Shown here: positions 1-13,502 of the stretch, one piece after another
How positions within the stretch are numbered: the first letter of the stretch is position 1
Layout of the letters: each line of letters opens with the position of its first letter
Assembly (NCBI GenBank): GCA_039621445.1
Contig: CP154954.1
Location: forward strand, 48,525,847-48,589,846
DNA: 64,000 bases
Reading direction: 5' to 3'
From: Euglena gracilis
Taxonomy: Eukaryota
The notes under the pieces: generated by a model
Told to the model about the DNA's origin: nothing
Seen by the model: only the letters and a program-made list of their open reading frames with translations
The model's database searches: none
Made by a program: the position numbers and the translations under genes

Positions 1-732
1 CCGGGCGCCTGCTGGCGGAGGCGAGGGTGGGGGTGGCAAGGGGCGGGACCCGGTGACTGTGCCTGCTGCGGGTCACCCTCAAGGCAGGCGGTGTACACCT
101 TTGGGGGCTCCAGTGGGTTGTCGGGCCCATCTGCTTGCCTGGGCAACACCAGATAGGCCCGAAAGGACTGTGGAACCGGACTGAAACTTCTTTCCAACTT
201 AATCTTGGGGTGCGTGAATGACTGGTCAGGGGCTGAATGCGACGACAGTGCCCAGTCGGTCACAGTTCTCCCGTCGGATGCCCTGCCCGGCAACGGCCCC
301 AGTGAAGGGGTGTAGTACATAGAATGCTGGGTGGAACCGCGAACATTGGTATGGCCCAGCGAACTGCGACTCACGTGCGTCGACTGTGTGCCTCAGCATC
401 AGATCATCCCCCATGTACTGTGTGGATTTGGGACCGAAAGACGCTCAGGACATGCACGCCACAAGCCAAAATCAGTCAGCAAACGGACGGGTTGGCGAGA
501 CAGGCACGAGCTACGCGGTGTTTCCACCAACGTCACCCTTCGCTCCAACAACGCCCTTCACAAAGTCCAAAGTGGCAAATGGGATCGCCGGAGTCATTGG
601 GGTGTGTTCTTTTGGGGCCAAGGAAGGTTTCTCTGGAACATCCATATCCGATCCCATGCATCTCTGATTTTTCCCGACTTCTTTCTACCCATTTGGGTGG
701 ACGACACGGGCAGCCAGCCAGGGTCCGAGGGG

Positions 733-811
733 GACAGGCAGCCCCACCCGCAGCGCAACGCCCACCAGAACCCCCACCCGCAGCAGCACCGAGAGCCGCA
801 CCCGCACCGCA
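733..811 (+). CDS. Exon A of repeat unit 1 (79 nt)
   Basis: Preceded by CCG+N5 (725-732) and followed by N3+CGG (812-817). Reads (g) aca ggc agc ccc...acc gca. Confidence 0.75.
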
Positions 812-3800
812 GCCCGGCCTCCGCCGGCCCTGGGGGCGCCCGTCCTCCACTGCCGGAGATACCAGGGGTGGAACTCCACCGGGTTAGGGGAGGGAGGGGG
901 GGGGGGGCAGGTAGACAGTCGGCAAGGAGCGGCGTTGGGGCTGGGGGGCCTCCTGGGACTGGTTAGGCGGGGATGGGGGCTTTTGTGCTGGGCACGGGGG
1001 CTGGGACCCTTCTGCTGGCTGGGAGGCTGGCCGCGGGGCCAGCGGACGCCAGGGTCCGACCCCCACAGGCTCAGCGTCGCCCACCACGAGCGCCACGGGG
1101 ACGGACAGCCAGACGGAGAGTGGCAGCGAGAGCACAGCCTCCGCCACCCGCAGCGTGACCCTGGCAGCGACCAGCAGCGGGACGCCGACGGTGACGGGTA
1201 GCGCCACAGTCTCCCCGAGCCGCAGTGAGACGCGCACAGCGAGCGTCACGGAGGCCGGGCGCCTGCTGGCGGAGGCGAGGGTGGGGGTGGCAAGGGGCGG
1301 GACCCGGTGACTGTGCCTGCTGCGGGTCACCCTCAAGGCAGGCGGTGTACACCTTTGGGGGCTCCAGTGGGTTGTCGGGCCCATCTGCTTGCCTGGGCAA
1401 CACCAGATAGGCCCGAAAGGACTGTGGAACCGGACTGAAACTTCTTTCCAACTTAATCTTGGGGTGCGTGAATGACTGGTCAGGGGCTGAATGCGACGAC
1501 AGTGCCCAGTCGGTCACAGTTCTCCCGTCGGATGCCCTGCCCGGCAACGGCCCCAGTGAAGGGGTGTAGTACATAGAATGCTGGGTGGAACCGCGAACAT
1601 TGGTATGGCCCAGCGAACTGCGACTCACGTGCGTCGACTGTGTGCCTCAGCATCAGATCATCCCCATGTACTGTGTGGATTTGGGACCGAAAGACGCTCA
1701 GGACATGCACGCCACAAGCCAAAATCAGTCAGCAAACGGACGGGTTGGCGAGACAGGCACGAGCTACGCGGTGTTTCCACCAACGTCACCCTTCGCTCCA
1801 ACAACGCCCTTCACAAAGTCCAAAGTGGCAAATGGGATCGCCGGAGTCATTGGGGTGTGTTCTTTTGGGGCCAAGGAAGGTTTCTCTGGAACATCCATAT
1901 CCGATCCCATGCATCTCTGATTTTTCCCGACTTCTTTCTACCCATTTGGGTGGACGACACGGGCAGCCAGCCAGGGTCCGAGGGGGACAGGCAGCCCCAC
2001 CCGCAGCGCAACGCCCACCAGAACCCCCACCCGCAGCAGCACCGAGAGCCGCACCCGCACCGCAGCCCGGCCTCCGCCGGCCCTGGGGGCGCCCGTCCTC
2101 CACTGCCGGAGATACCAGGGGTGGAACTCCACCGGGTTAGGGGAGGGAGGGGGGGGGGCAGGTAGACAGTCGGCAAGGAGCGGCGTTGGGGCTGGGGGGC
2201 CTCCTGGGACTGGTTAGGCGGGGATGGGGGCTTTTGTGCTGGGCACGGGGGCTGGGACCCTTCTGCTGGCTGGGAGGCTGGCCGCGGGGCCAGCGGACGC
2301 CAGGGTCCGACCCCCACAGGCTCAGCGTCGCCCACCACGAGCGCCACGGGGACGGACAGCCAGACGGAGAGTGGCAGCGAGAGCAGCACAGCCTCCGCCA
2401 CCCGCAGCGTGACCCTGGCAGCGACCAGCAGCGGGACGCCGACGGTGACGGGTAGCGCCACAGTCTCCCCGAGCCGCAGTGAGACGCGCACAGCGAGCGT
2501 CACGGAGGCCGGGCGCCTGCTGGCGGAGGCGAGGGTGGGGGTGGCAAGGGGCGGGACCCGGTGACTGTGCCTGCTGCGGGTCACCCTCAAGGCAGGCGGT
2601 GTACACCTTTGGGGGCTCCAGTGGGTTGTCGGGCCCATCTGCTTGCCTGGGCAACACCAGATAGGCCCGAAAGGACTGTGGAACCGGACTGAAACTTCTT
2701 TCCAACTTAATCTTGGGGTGCGTGAATGACTGGTCAGGGGCTGAATGCGACGACAGTGCCCAGCCGGTCACAGTTCTCCCGTCGGATGCCCTGCCCGGCA
2801 ACGGCCCCAGTGAAGGGGTGTAGTACATAGAATGCTGGGTGGAACCGCGAACATTGGTATGGCCCAGCGAACTGCGACTCACGTGCGTCGACTGTGTGCC
2901 TCAGCCTCAGAAGATCATCCCCCATGTACTGTGTGGATTTGGGACCGAAAGACGCTCAGGACATGCACGCCACAAGCCAAAATCAGTCAGCAAACGGACG
3001 GGTTGGCGAGACAGGCACGAGCTACGCGGTGTTTCCACCAACGTCACCCTTCGCTCCAACAACGCCCTTCACAAAGTCCAAAGTGGCAAATGGGATCGCC
3101 GGAGTCATTGGGGTGTGTTCTTTTGGGGCCAAGGAAGGTTTCTCTGGAACATCCATATCCGATCCCATGCATCTCTGATTTTTCCCGACTTCTTTCTACC
3201 CATTTGGGTGGACGACACGGGCAGCCAGCCAGGGTCCGAGGGGGACAGGCAGCCCCACCCGCAGCGCAACGCCCACCAGAACCCCCACCCGCAGCAGCAC
3301 CGAGAGCCGCACCCGCACCGCAGCCCGGCCTCCGCCGGCCCTGGGGGCGCCCGTCCTCCACTGCCGGAGATACCAGGGGTGGAACTCCACCGGGTTAGGG
3401 GAGGGAGGGGGGGGGGGCAGGTAGACAGTCGGCAAGGAGCGGCGTTGGGGCTGGGGGGCCTCCTGGGACTGGTTAGGCGGGGATGGGGGCTTTTGTGCTG
3501 GGCACGGGGGCTGGGACCCTTCTGCTGGCTGGGAGGCTGGCCGCGGGGCCAGCGGACGCCAGGGTCCGACCCCCACAGGCTCAGCGTCGCCCACCACGAG
3601 CGCCACGGGGACGGACAGCCAGACGGAGAGTGGCAGCGAGAGCGGCACAGCCTCCGCCACCCGCAGCGTGACCCTGGCAGCGACCAGCAGCGGGACGCCG
3701 ACGGTGACGGGTAGCGCCACAGTCTCCCCGAGCCGCAGTGAGACGCGCACAGCGAGCGTCACGGAGGCCGGGCGCCTGCTGGCGGAGGCGAGGGTGGGGG

Positions 3801-6800
3801 TGGCAAGGGGCGGGACCCGGTGACTGTGCCTGCTGCGGGTCACCCTCAAGGCAGGCGGTGTACACCTTTGGGGGCTCCAGTGGGTTGTCGGGCCCATCTG
3901 CTTGCCTGGGCAACACCAGATAGGCCCGAAAGGACTGTGGAACCGGACTGAAACTTCTTTCCAACTTAATCTTGGGGTGCGTGAATGACTGGTCAGGGGC
4001 TGAATGCGACGACAGTGCCCAGTCGGTCACAGTTCTCCCGTCGGATGCCCTGCCCGGCAACGGCCCCAGTGAAGGGGTGTAGTACATAGAATGCTGGGTG
4101 GAACCGCGAACATTGGTATGGCCCAGCGAACTGCGACTCACGTGCGTCGACTGTGTGCCTCAGCATCAGATCATCCCCCATGTACTGTGTGGATTTGGGA
4201 CCGAAAGACGCTCAGGACATACACGCCACAAGCCAAAATCAGTCAGCAAACGGACGGGTTGGCGAGACAGGCACGAGCTACGCGGTGTTTCCACCAACGT
4301 CACCCTTCGCTCCGACAACGCCCTTCACAAAGTCCAAAGTGGCAAATGGGATCGCCGGAGTCATTGGGGTGTGTTCTTTTGGGGCCAAGGAAGGTTTCTC
4401 TGGAACATCCATATCCGATCCCATGCATCTCTGATTTTTCCCGACTTCTTTCTACCCATTTGGGTGGACGACACGGGCAGCCAGCCAGGGTCCGAGGGGG
4501 ACAGGCAGCCCCACCCGCAGCGCAACGCCCACCAGAACCCCCACCCGCAGCAGCACCGAGAGCCGCACCCGCACCGCAGCCCGGCCTCCGCCGGCCCTGG
4601 GGGCGCCCGTCCTCCACTGCCGGAGATACCAGGGGTGGAACTCCACCGGGTTAGGGGAGGGAGGGGGGGGGCAGGTAGACAGTCGGCAAGGAGCGGCGTT
4701 GGGGCTGGGGGGCCTCCTGGGACTGGTTAGGCGGGGATGGGGGCTTTTGTGCTGGGCACGGGGGCTGGGACCCTTCTGCTGGCTGGGAGGCTGGCCGCGG
4801 GGGCAGCGGACGCCAGGGTCCGACCCCCACAGGCTCAGCGTCGCCCACCACGAGCGCCACGGGGACGGACAGCCAGACGGAGAGTGGCAGCGAGAGCGGC
4901 ACAGCCTCCGCCACCCGCAGCGTGACCCTGGCAGCGACCAGCAGCGGGACGCCGACGGTGACGGGTAGCGCCACAGTCTCCCCGAGCCGCACAGCGAGCG
5001 TCACGGAGGCCAGGCGCCTGCTGGCGGAGGCGAGGGTGGGGGTGGCAAGGGGCGGGACCCGGTGACTGTGCCTGCTGCGGGTCACCCTCAAGGCAGGCGG
5101 TGTAAACCTTTGGGGGCTCCAGTGGGTTGTCGGGCCCATCTGCTTGCCTGGGCAGCACCAGATAGGCCCGAAAGGACTGTGGAACCGGACTGAAACTTCT
5201 TTCCAACTTAATCTTGGGGTGCGTGAATGACTGGTCAGGGGCTGAATGCGACGACAGTGCCCAGCCGGTCACAGTTCTCCCGTCGGATGCCCTGCCCGGC
5301 AACGGCCCCAGTGAAGGGGTGTAGTACATAGAATGCTGGGTGGAACCGCGAACATTGGTATGGCCCAGCGAACTGCGACTCACGTGCGTCGACTGTGTGC
5401 CTCAGCCTCAGAAGATCATCCCCATGCACTGTGTGGATTTGGGACCGAAAGACGCTCAGGACATGCACGCCACAAGCCAAAATCAGTCAGCAAACGGACG
5501 GGTTGGCGAGACAGGCACGAGCTACGCGGTGTTTCCACCAACGTCACCCTTCGCTCTAACAACGCCCTTCACAAAGTCCAAAGTGGCAAATGGGATCGCC
5601 GGAGTCATTGGGGTGTGTTCTTTTGGGGCCAAGGAAGGTTTCTCTGGAACATCCATATCCGATCCCATGCATCTCTGATTTTTTTTTTTTTTTTTCTACC
5701 CATTTGGGTGGACGACACGGGCAGCCAGCCAGGGTCCGAGGGGGACAGGCAGCCCCACCCGCAGCGCAACGCCCACCAGAACCCCCACCCGCAGCAGCAC
5801 CGAGAGCCGCACCCGCACCGCAGCCCGGCCTCCGCCGGCCCTGGGGGCGCCCGTCCTCCACTGCCGGAGATACCAGGGGTGGAACTCCACCGGGTTAGGG
5901 GAGGGAGGGGGGGGGCAGGTAGACAGTCGGCAAGGAGCGGCGTTGGGGCTGGGGGGCCTCCTGGGACTGGTTAGGCGGGGATGGGGGCTTTTGTGCTGGG
6001 CACGGGGGCTGGGACCCTTCTGCTGGCTGGGAGGCTGGCCGCGGGGCCAGCGGACGCCAGGGTCCGACCCCCACAGGCTCAGCGTCGCCCACCACGAGCG
6101 CCACGGGGACGGACAGCCAGACGGAGAGTGGCAGCGAGAGCGGCACAGCCTCCGCCACCCGCAGCGTGACCCTGGCAGCGACCAGCAGCGGGACGCCGAC
6201 GGTGACGGGTAGCGCCACAGTCTCCCCGAGCCGCAGTGAGACGCGCACAGCGAGCGTCACGGAGGCCGGGCGCCTGCTGGCGGAGGCGAGGGTGGGGGTG
6301 GCAAGGGGCGGGACCCGGTGACTGTGCCTGCTGCGGGTCACCCTCAAGGCAGGCGGTGTACACCTTTGGGGGCTCCAGTGGGTTGTCGGGCCCATCTGCT
6401 TGCCTGGGCAGCACCAGATAGGCCCGAAAGGACTGTGGAACCGGACTGAAACTTCTTTCCAACTTAATCTTGGGGTGCGTGAATGACTGGTCAGGGGCTG
6501 AATGCGACGACAGTGCCCAGCCGGTCACAGTTCTCCCGTCGGATGCCCTGCCCGGCAACGGCCCCAGTGAAGGGGTGTAGTACATAGAATGCTGGGTGGA
6601 ACCGCGAACATTGGTATGGCCCAGCGAACTGCGACTCACGTGCGTCGACTGTGTGCCTCAGCATCAGATCATCCCCATGTACTGTGTGGATTTGGGACCG
6701 AAAGACGCTCAGGACATGCACGCCACAAGCCAAAATCAGTCAGCAAACGGACGGGTTGGCGAGACAGGCACGAGCTACGCGGTGTTTCCACCAACGTCAC

Positions 6801-9800
6801 CCTTCGCTCCAACAACGCCCTTCACAAAGTCCAAAGTGGCAAATGGGATCGCCGGAGTCATTGGGGTGTGTTCTTTTGGGGCCAAGGAAGGTTTCTCTGG
6901 AACATCCATATCCGATCCCATGCATCTCTGATTTTTCCCGACTTCTTTCTACCCATTTGGGTGGACGACACGGGCAGCCAGCCAGGGTCCGAGGGGGACA
7001 GGCAGCCCCACCCGCAGCGCAACGCCCACCAGAACCCCCACCCGCAGCAGCACCGAGAGCCGCACCCGCACCGCAGCCCGGCCTCCGCCGGCCCTGGGGG
7101 CGCCCGTCCTCCACTGCCGGAGATACCAGGGGTGGACCTCCAAGGGGTTGGGGGGGGGGGGGGGGGGGGCAGGTAGACAGTCGGCAAGGAGCGGCGTTGG
7201 GGCTGGGGGGCCTCCTGGGACTGGTTAGGCGGGGATGGGGGCTTTTGTGCTGGGCACGGGGGCTGGGACCCTTCTGCTGGCTGGGAGGCTGGCCGCGGGG
7301 CCAGCGGACGCCAGGGTCCGACCCCCACAGGCTCAGCGTCGCCCACCACGAGCGCCACGGGGACGGACAGCCAGACGGAGAGTGGCAGCGAGAGCGGCAC
7401 AGCCTCCGCCACCCGCAGCGTGACCCTGGCAGCGACCAGCAGCGGGACGCCGACGGTGACGGGTAGCGCCACAGTCTCCCCGAGCCGCAGTGAGACGCGC
7501 ACAGCGAGCGTCACGGAGGCCGGGCGCCTGCTGGCGGAGGCGAGGGTGGGGGTGGCAAGGGGCGGGACCCGGTGACTGTGCCTGCTGCGGGTCACCCTCA
7601 AGGCAGGCGGTGTACACCTTTGGGGGCTCCAGTGGGTTGTCGGGCCCATCTGCTTGCCTGGGCAGCACCAGATAGGCCCGAAAGGACTGTGGAACCGGAC
7701 TGAAACTTCTTTCCAACTTAATCTTGGGGTGCGTGAATGACTGGTCAGGGGCTGAATGCGACGACAGTGCCCAGCCGGTCACAGTTCTCCCGTCGGATGC
7801 CCTGCCCGGCAACGGCCCCAGTGAAGGGGTGTAGTAGTACATAGAATGCTGGGTGGAACCGCGAACATTGGTATGGCCCAGCGAACTGCGACTCACGTGC
7901 GTCGACTGTGTGCCTCAGCCTCAGAAGATCATCCCCATGCACTGTGTGGATTTGGGACCGAAAGACGCTCAGGACATGCACGCCACAAGCCAAAATCAGT
8001 CAGCAAACGGACGGGTTGGCGAGACAGGCACGAGCTACGCGGTGTTTCCACCAACGTCACCCTTCGCTCTAACAACGCCCTTCACAAAGTCCAAAGTGGC
8101 AAATGGGATCGCCGGAGTCATTGGGGTGTGTTCTTTTGGGGCCAAGGAAGGTTTCTCTGGAACATCCATATCCGATCCCATGCATCTCTGATTTTTCCCG
8201 ACTTCTTTCTACCCATTTGGGTGGACGACACGGGCAGCCAGCCAGGGTCCGAGGGGGACAGGCAGCCCCACCCGCAGCGCAACGCCCACCAGAACCCCCA
8301 CCCGCAGCAGCACCGAGAGCCGCACCCGCACCGCAGCCCGGCCTCCGCCGGCCCTGGGGGCGCCCGTCCTCCACTGCCGGAGATACCAGGGGGGGACCTC
8401 CACCGGGTTAGGGGAGGGGGGGGGGGGGGCAGGTAGACAGTCGGCAAGGAGCGGCGTTGGGGCTGGGGGGCCTCCTGGGACTGGTTAGGCGGGGATGGGG
8501 GCTTTTGTGCTGGGCACGGGGGCTGGGACCCTTCTGCTGGCTGGGAGGCTGGCCGCGGGGCCAGCGGACGCCAGGGTCCGACCCCCACAGGCTCAGCGTC
8601 GCCCACCACGAGCGCCACGGGGACGGACAGCCAGACGGAGAGTGGCAGCGAGAGCGGCACAGCCTCCGCCACCCGCAGCGTGACCCTGGCAGCGACCAGC
8701 AGCGGGACGCCGACGGTGACGGGTAGCGCAGCAGTCTCCCCGAGCCGCAGTGAGACGCGCACAGCGAGCGTCACGGAGGCCGGGCGCCTGCTGGCGGAGG
8801 CGAGGGTGGGGGTGGCAAGGGGCGGGACCCGGTGACTGTGCCTGCTGCGGGTCACCCTCAAGGCAGGCGGTGTACACCTTTGGGGGCTCCAGTGGGTTGT
8901 CGGGCCCATCTGCTTGCCTGGGCAGCACCAGATAGGCCCGAAAGGACTGTGGAACCGGACTGAAACTTCTTTCCAACTTAATCTTGGGGTGCGTGAATGA
9001 CTGGTCAGGGGCTGAATGCGACGACAGTGCCCAGCCGGTCACAGTTCTCCCGTCGGATGCCCTGCCCGGCAACGGCCCCAGTGAAGGGGTGTAGTACATA
9101 GAATGCTGGGTGGAACCGCGAACATTGGTATGGCCCAGCGAACTGCGACTCACGTGCGTCGACTGTGTGCCTCAGCCTCAGAAGATCATCCCCATGCACT
9201 GTGTGGATTTGGGACCGAAAGACGCTCAGGACATGCACGCCACAAGCCAAAATCAGTCAGCAAACGGACGGGTTGGCGAGACAGGCACGAGCTACGCGGT
9301 GTTTCCACCAACGTCACCCTTCGCTCCAACAACGCCCTTCACAAAGTCCAAAGTGGCAAATGGGATCGCCGGAGTCAAAGGGTGTGTTCTTTTGGGGCCA
9401 AGGAAGGTTTCTCTGGAACATCCATATCCGATCCCATGCATCTCTGATTTTTCCCGACTTCTTTCTACCCATTTGGGTGGACGACACGGGCAGCCAGCCA
9501 GGGTCCGAGGGGGACAGGCAGCCCCACCCGCAGCGCAACGCCCACCAGAACCCCCACCCGCAGCAGCACCGAGAGCCGCACCCGCACCGCAGCCCGGCCT
9601 CCGCCGGCCCTGGGGGCGCCCGTCCTCCACTGCCGGAGATACCAGGGGTGGAACTCCACCGGGTTAGGGGAGGGAGGGGGGGGGGCAGGTAGACAGTCGG
9701 CAAGGAGCGGCGTTGGGGCTGGGGGGCCTCCTGGGACTGGTTAGGCGGGGATGGGGGCTTTTGTGCTGGGCACGGGGGCTGGGACCCTTCTGCTGGCTGG

Positions 9801-12800
9801 GAGGCTGGCCGCGGGGCCAGCGGACGCCAGGGTCCGACCCCCACAGGCTCAGCGTCGCCCACCACGAGCGCCACGGGGACGGACAGCCAGACGGAGAGTG
9901 GCAGCGAGAGCGGCACAGCCTCCGCCACCCGCAGCGTGACCCTGGCAGCGACCAGCAGCGGGACGCCGACGGTGACGGGTAGCGCCACAGTCTCCCCGAG
10001 CCGCAGTGAGACGCGCACAGCGAGCGTCACGGAGGCCGGGCGCCTGCTGGCGGAGGCGAGGGTGGGGGTGGCAAGGGGCGGGACCCGGTGACTGTGCCTG
10101 CTGCGGGTCACCCTCAAGGCAGGCGGTGTACACCTTTGGGGGCTCCAGTGGGTTGTCGGGCCCATCTGCTTGCCTGGGCAGCACCAGATAGGCCCGAAAG
10201 GACTGTGGAACCGGACTGAAACTTCTTTCCAACTTAATCTTGGGGTGCGTGAATGACTGGTCAGGGGCTGAATGCGACGACAGTGCCCAGCCGGTCACAG
10301 TTCTCCCGTCGGATGCCCTGCCCGGCAACGGCCCCAGTGAAGGGGTGTAGTACATAGAATGCTGGGTGGAACCGCGAACATTGGTATGGCCCAGCGAACT
10401 GCGACTCACGTGCGTCGACTGTGTGCCTCAGCCTCAGAAGATCATCCCCATGCACTGTGTGGATTTGGGACCGAAAGACGCTCAGGACATACACGCCACA
10501 AGCCAAAATCAGTCAGCAAACGGACGGGTTGGCGAGACAGGCACGAGCTACGCGGTGTTTCCACCAACGTCACCCTTCGCTCCGACAACGCCCTTCACAA
10601 AGTCCAAAGTGGCAAATGGGATCGCCGGAGTCATTGGGGTGTGTTCTTTTGGGGCCAAGGAAGGTTTCTCTGGAACATCCATATCCGATCCCATGCATCT
10701 CTGATTTTTCCCGACTTCTTTCTACCCATTTGGGTGGACGACACGGGCAGCCAGCCAGGGTCCGAGGGGGACAGGCAGCCCCACCCGCAGCGCAACGCCC
10801 ACCAGAACCCCCACCCGCAGCACCGAGAGCCGCACCCGCACCGCAGCCCGGCCTCCGCCGGCCCTGGGGGCGCCCGTCCTCCACTGCCGGAGATACCAGG
10901 GGTGGAACTCCACCGGGTTAGGGGAGGGAGGGGGGGGGCAGGTAGACAGTCGGCAAGGAGCGGCGTTGGGGCTGGGGGGCCTCCTGGGACTGGTTAGGCG
11001 GGGATGGGGGCTTTTGTGCTGGGCACGGGGGCTGGGACCCTTCTGCTGGCTGGGAGGCTGGCCGCGGGGCCAGCGGACGCCAGGGTCCGACCCCCACAGG
11101 CTCAGCGTCGCCCACCACGAGCGCCACGGGGACGGACAGCCAGACGGAGAGTGGCAGCGAGAGCGGCACAGCCTCCGCCACCCGCAGCGTGACCCTGGCA
11201 GCGACCAGCAGCGGGACGCCGACGGTGACGGGTAGCGCCACAGTCTCCCCGAGCCGCAGTGAGACGCGCACAGCGAGCGTCACGGAGGCCGGGCGCCTGC
11301 TGGCGGAGGCGAGGGTGGGGGTGGCAAGGGGCGGGACCCGGTGACTGTGCCTGCTGCGGGTCACCCTCAAGGCAGGCGGTGTACACCTTTGGGGGCTCCA
11401 GTGGGTTGTCGGGCCCATCTGCTTGCCTGGGCAGCACCAGATAGGCCCGAAAGGACTGTGGAACCGGACTGAAACTTCTTTCCAACTTCTTGGGGTGCGT
11501 GAATGACTGGTCAGGGGCTGAATGCGACGACAGTGCCCAGCCGGTCACAGTTCTCCCGTCGGATGCCCTGCCCGGCAACGGCCCCAGTGAAGGGGTGTAG
11601 TACATAGAATGCTGGGTGGAACCGCGAACATTGGTATGGCCCAGCGAACTGCGACTCACGTGCGTCGACTGTGTGCCTCAGCCTCAGAAGATCATCCCCC
11701 ATGTACTGTGTGGATTTGGGACCGAAAGACGCTCAGGACATGCACGCCACAAGCCAAAATCAGTGACCGGTTGGCGAGACAGGCACGAGCTACGCGGTGT
11801 TTCCACCAACGTCACCCTTCGCTCCAACAACGCCCTTCACAAAGTCCAAAGTGGCAAATGGGATCGCCGGAGTCATTGGGGTGTGTTCTTTTGGGGCCAA
11901 GGAAGGTTTCTCTGGAACATCCATATCCGATCCCATGCATCTCTGATTTTTCCCGACTTCTTTCTACCCATTTGGGTGGACGACACGGGCAGCCAGCCAG
12001 GGTCCGAGGGGGACAGGCAGCCCCACCCGCAGCGCAACGCCCACCAGAACCCCCAGGGCCTCCGCCGGCCCTGGGGGGCGCCTGTCCTCCACTGCCGGAG
12101 ATACCAGGGGTGGAACTCCACCGGGTTAGGGGAGGGAGGGGGGGGGGGCAGGTAGACAGTCGGCAAGGAGCGGCGTTGGGGCTGGGGGGCCTCCTGGGAC
12201 TGGTTAGGCGGGGATGGGGGCTTTTGTGCTGGGCACGGGGGCTGGGACCCTTCTGCTGGCTGGGAGGCTGGCCGCGGGGCCAGCGGACGCCAGGGTCCGA
12301 CCCCCACAGGCTCAGCGTCGCCCACCACGAGCGCCACGGGGACGGACAGCCAGACGGAGAGTGGCAGCGAGAGCGGCACAGCCTCCGCCACCCGCAGCGT
12401 GACCCTGGCAGCGACCAGCAGCGGGACGCCGACGGTGACGGGTAGCGCCACAGTCTCCCCGAGCCGCAGTGAGACGCGCACAGCGAGCGTCACGGAGGCC
12501 GGGCGCCTGCTGGCGGAGGCGAGGGTGGGGGTGGCAAGGGGCGGGACCCGGTGACTGTGCCTGCTGCGGGTCACCCTCAAGGCAGGCGGTGTACACCTTT
12601 GGGGGCTCCAGTGGGTTGTCGGGCCCATCTGCTTGCCTGGGCAGCACCAGATAGGCCCGAAAGGACTGTGGAACCGGACTGAAACTTCTTTCCAACTTAA
12701 TCTTGGGGTGCGTGAATGACTGGTCAGGGGCTGAATGCGACGACAGTGCCCAGCCGGTCACAGTTCTCCCGTCGGATGCCCTGCCCGGCAACGGCCCCAG

Positions 12801-13468
12801 TGAAGGGGTGTAGTACATAGAATGCTGGGTGGAACCGCGAACATTGGTATGGCCCAGCGAACTGCGACTCACGTGCGTCGACTGTGTGCCTCAGCCTCAG
12901 AAGATCATCCCCATGCACTGTGTGGATTTGGGACCGAAAGACGCTCAGGACATGCACGCCACAAGCCAAAATCAGTGACCGGTTGGCGAGACAGGCACGA
13001 GCTACGCGGTGTTTCCACCAACGTCACCCTTCGCTCCAACAACGCCCTTCACAAAGTCCAAAGTGGCAAATGGGATCGCCGGAGTCATTGGGGTGTGTTC
13101 TTTTGGGGCCAAGGAAGGTTTCTCTGGAACATCCATATCCGATCCCATGCATCTCTGATTTTTCCCGACTTCTTTCTACCCATTTGGGTGGACGACACGG
13201 GCAGCCAGCCAGGGTCCGAGGGGGACAGGCAGCCCCACCCGCAGCGCAACGCCCACCAGAACCCCCACCCGCAGCAGCACCGAGAGCCGCACCCGCACCG
13301 CAGCCCGGCCTCCGCCGGCCCTGGGGGGCGCCTGTCCTCCACTGCCAGAGATACCAGGGGTGGAACTAGGGGGGGGGGGGGGGGGGGGGGCAGGTAGACA
13401 GTCGGCAAGGAGCGGCGTTGGGGCTGGGGGGCCTCCTGGGACCGGTTAGGCGGGGATGGGATGGGGGG

Positions 13469-13502
<34 letters not shown>

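Noticed and set aside
881-910. Telomere-like gggttaggg in each unit
   Set aside because: Single motif in a G-run, not an array.
324-966. Long + strand ORFs across the unit introns
   Set aside because: Frames change between units through 1-nt indels; GC-rich artefacts.
884-1384. Val-rich minus-strand ORFs (articulin-like VPV look) in every unit
   Set aside because: Antisense shadow of the Ser/Thr frame; substitutions are synonymous on the + strand.
1253-1985. Intron-encoded snoRNA or ribozyme in the repeated intron
   Set aside because: No convincing C/D, H/ACA or hammerhead core seen by eye; an Infernal/Rfam scan would be needed to exclude it.
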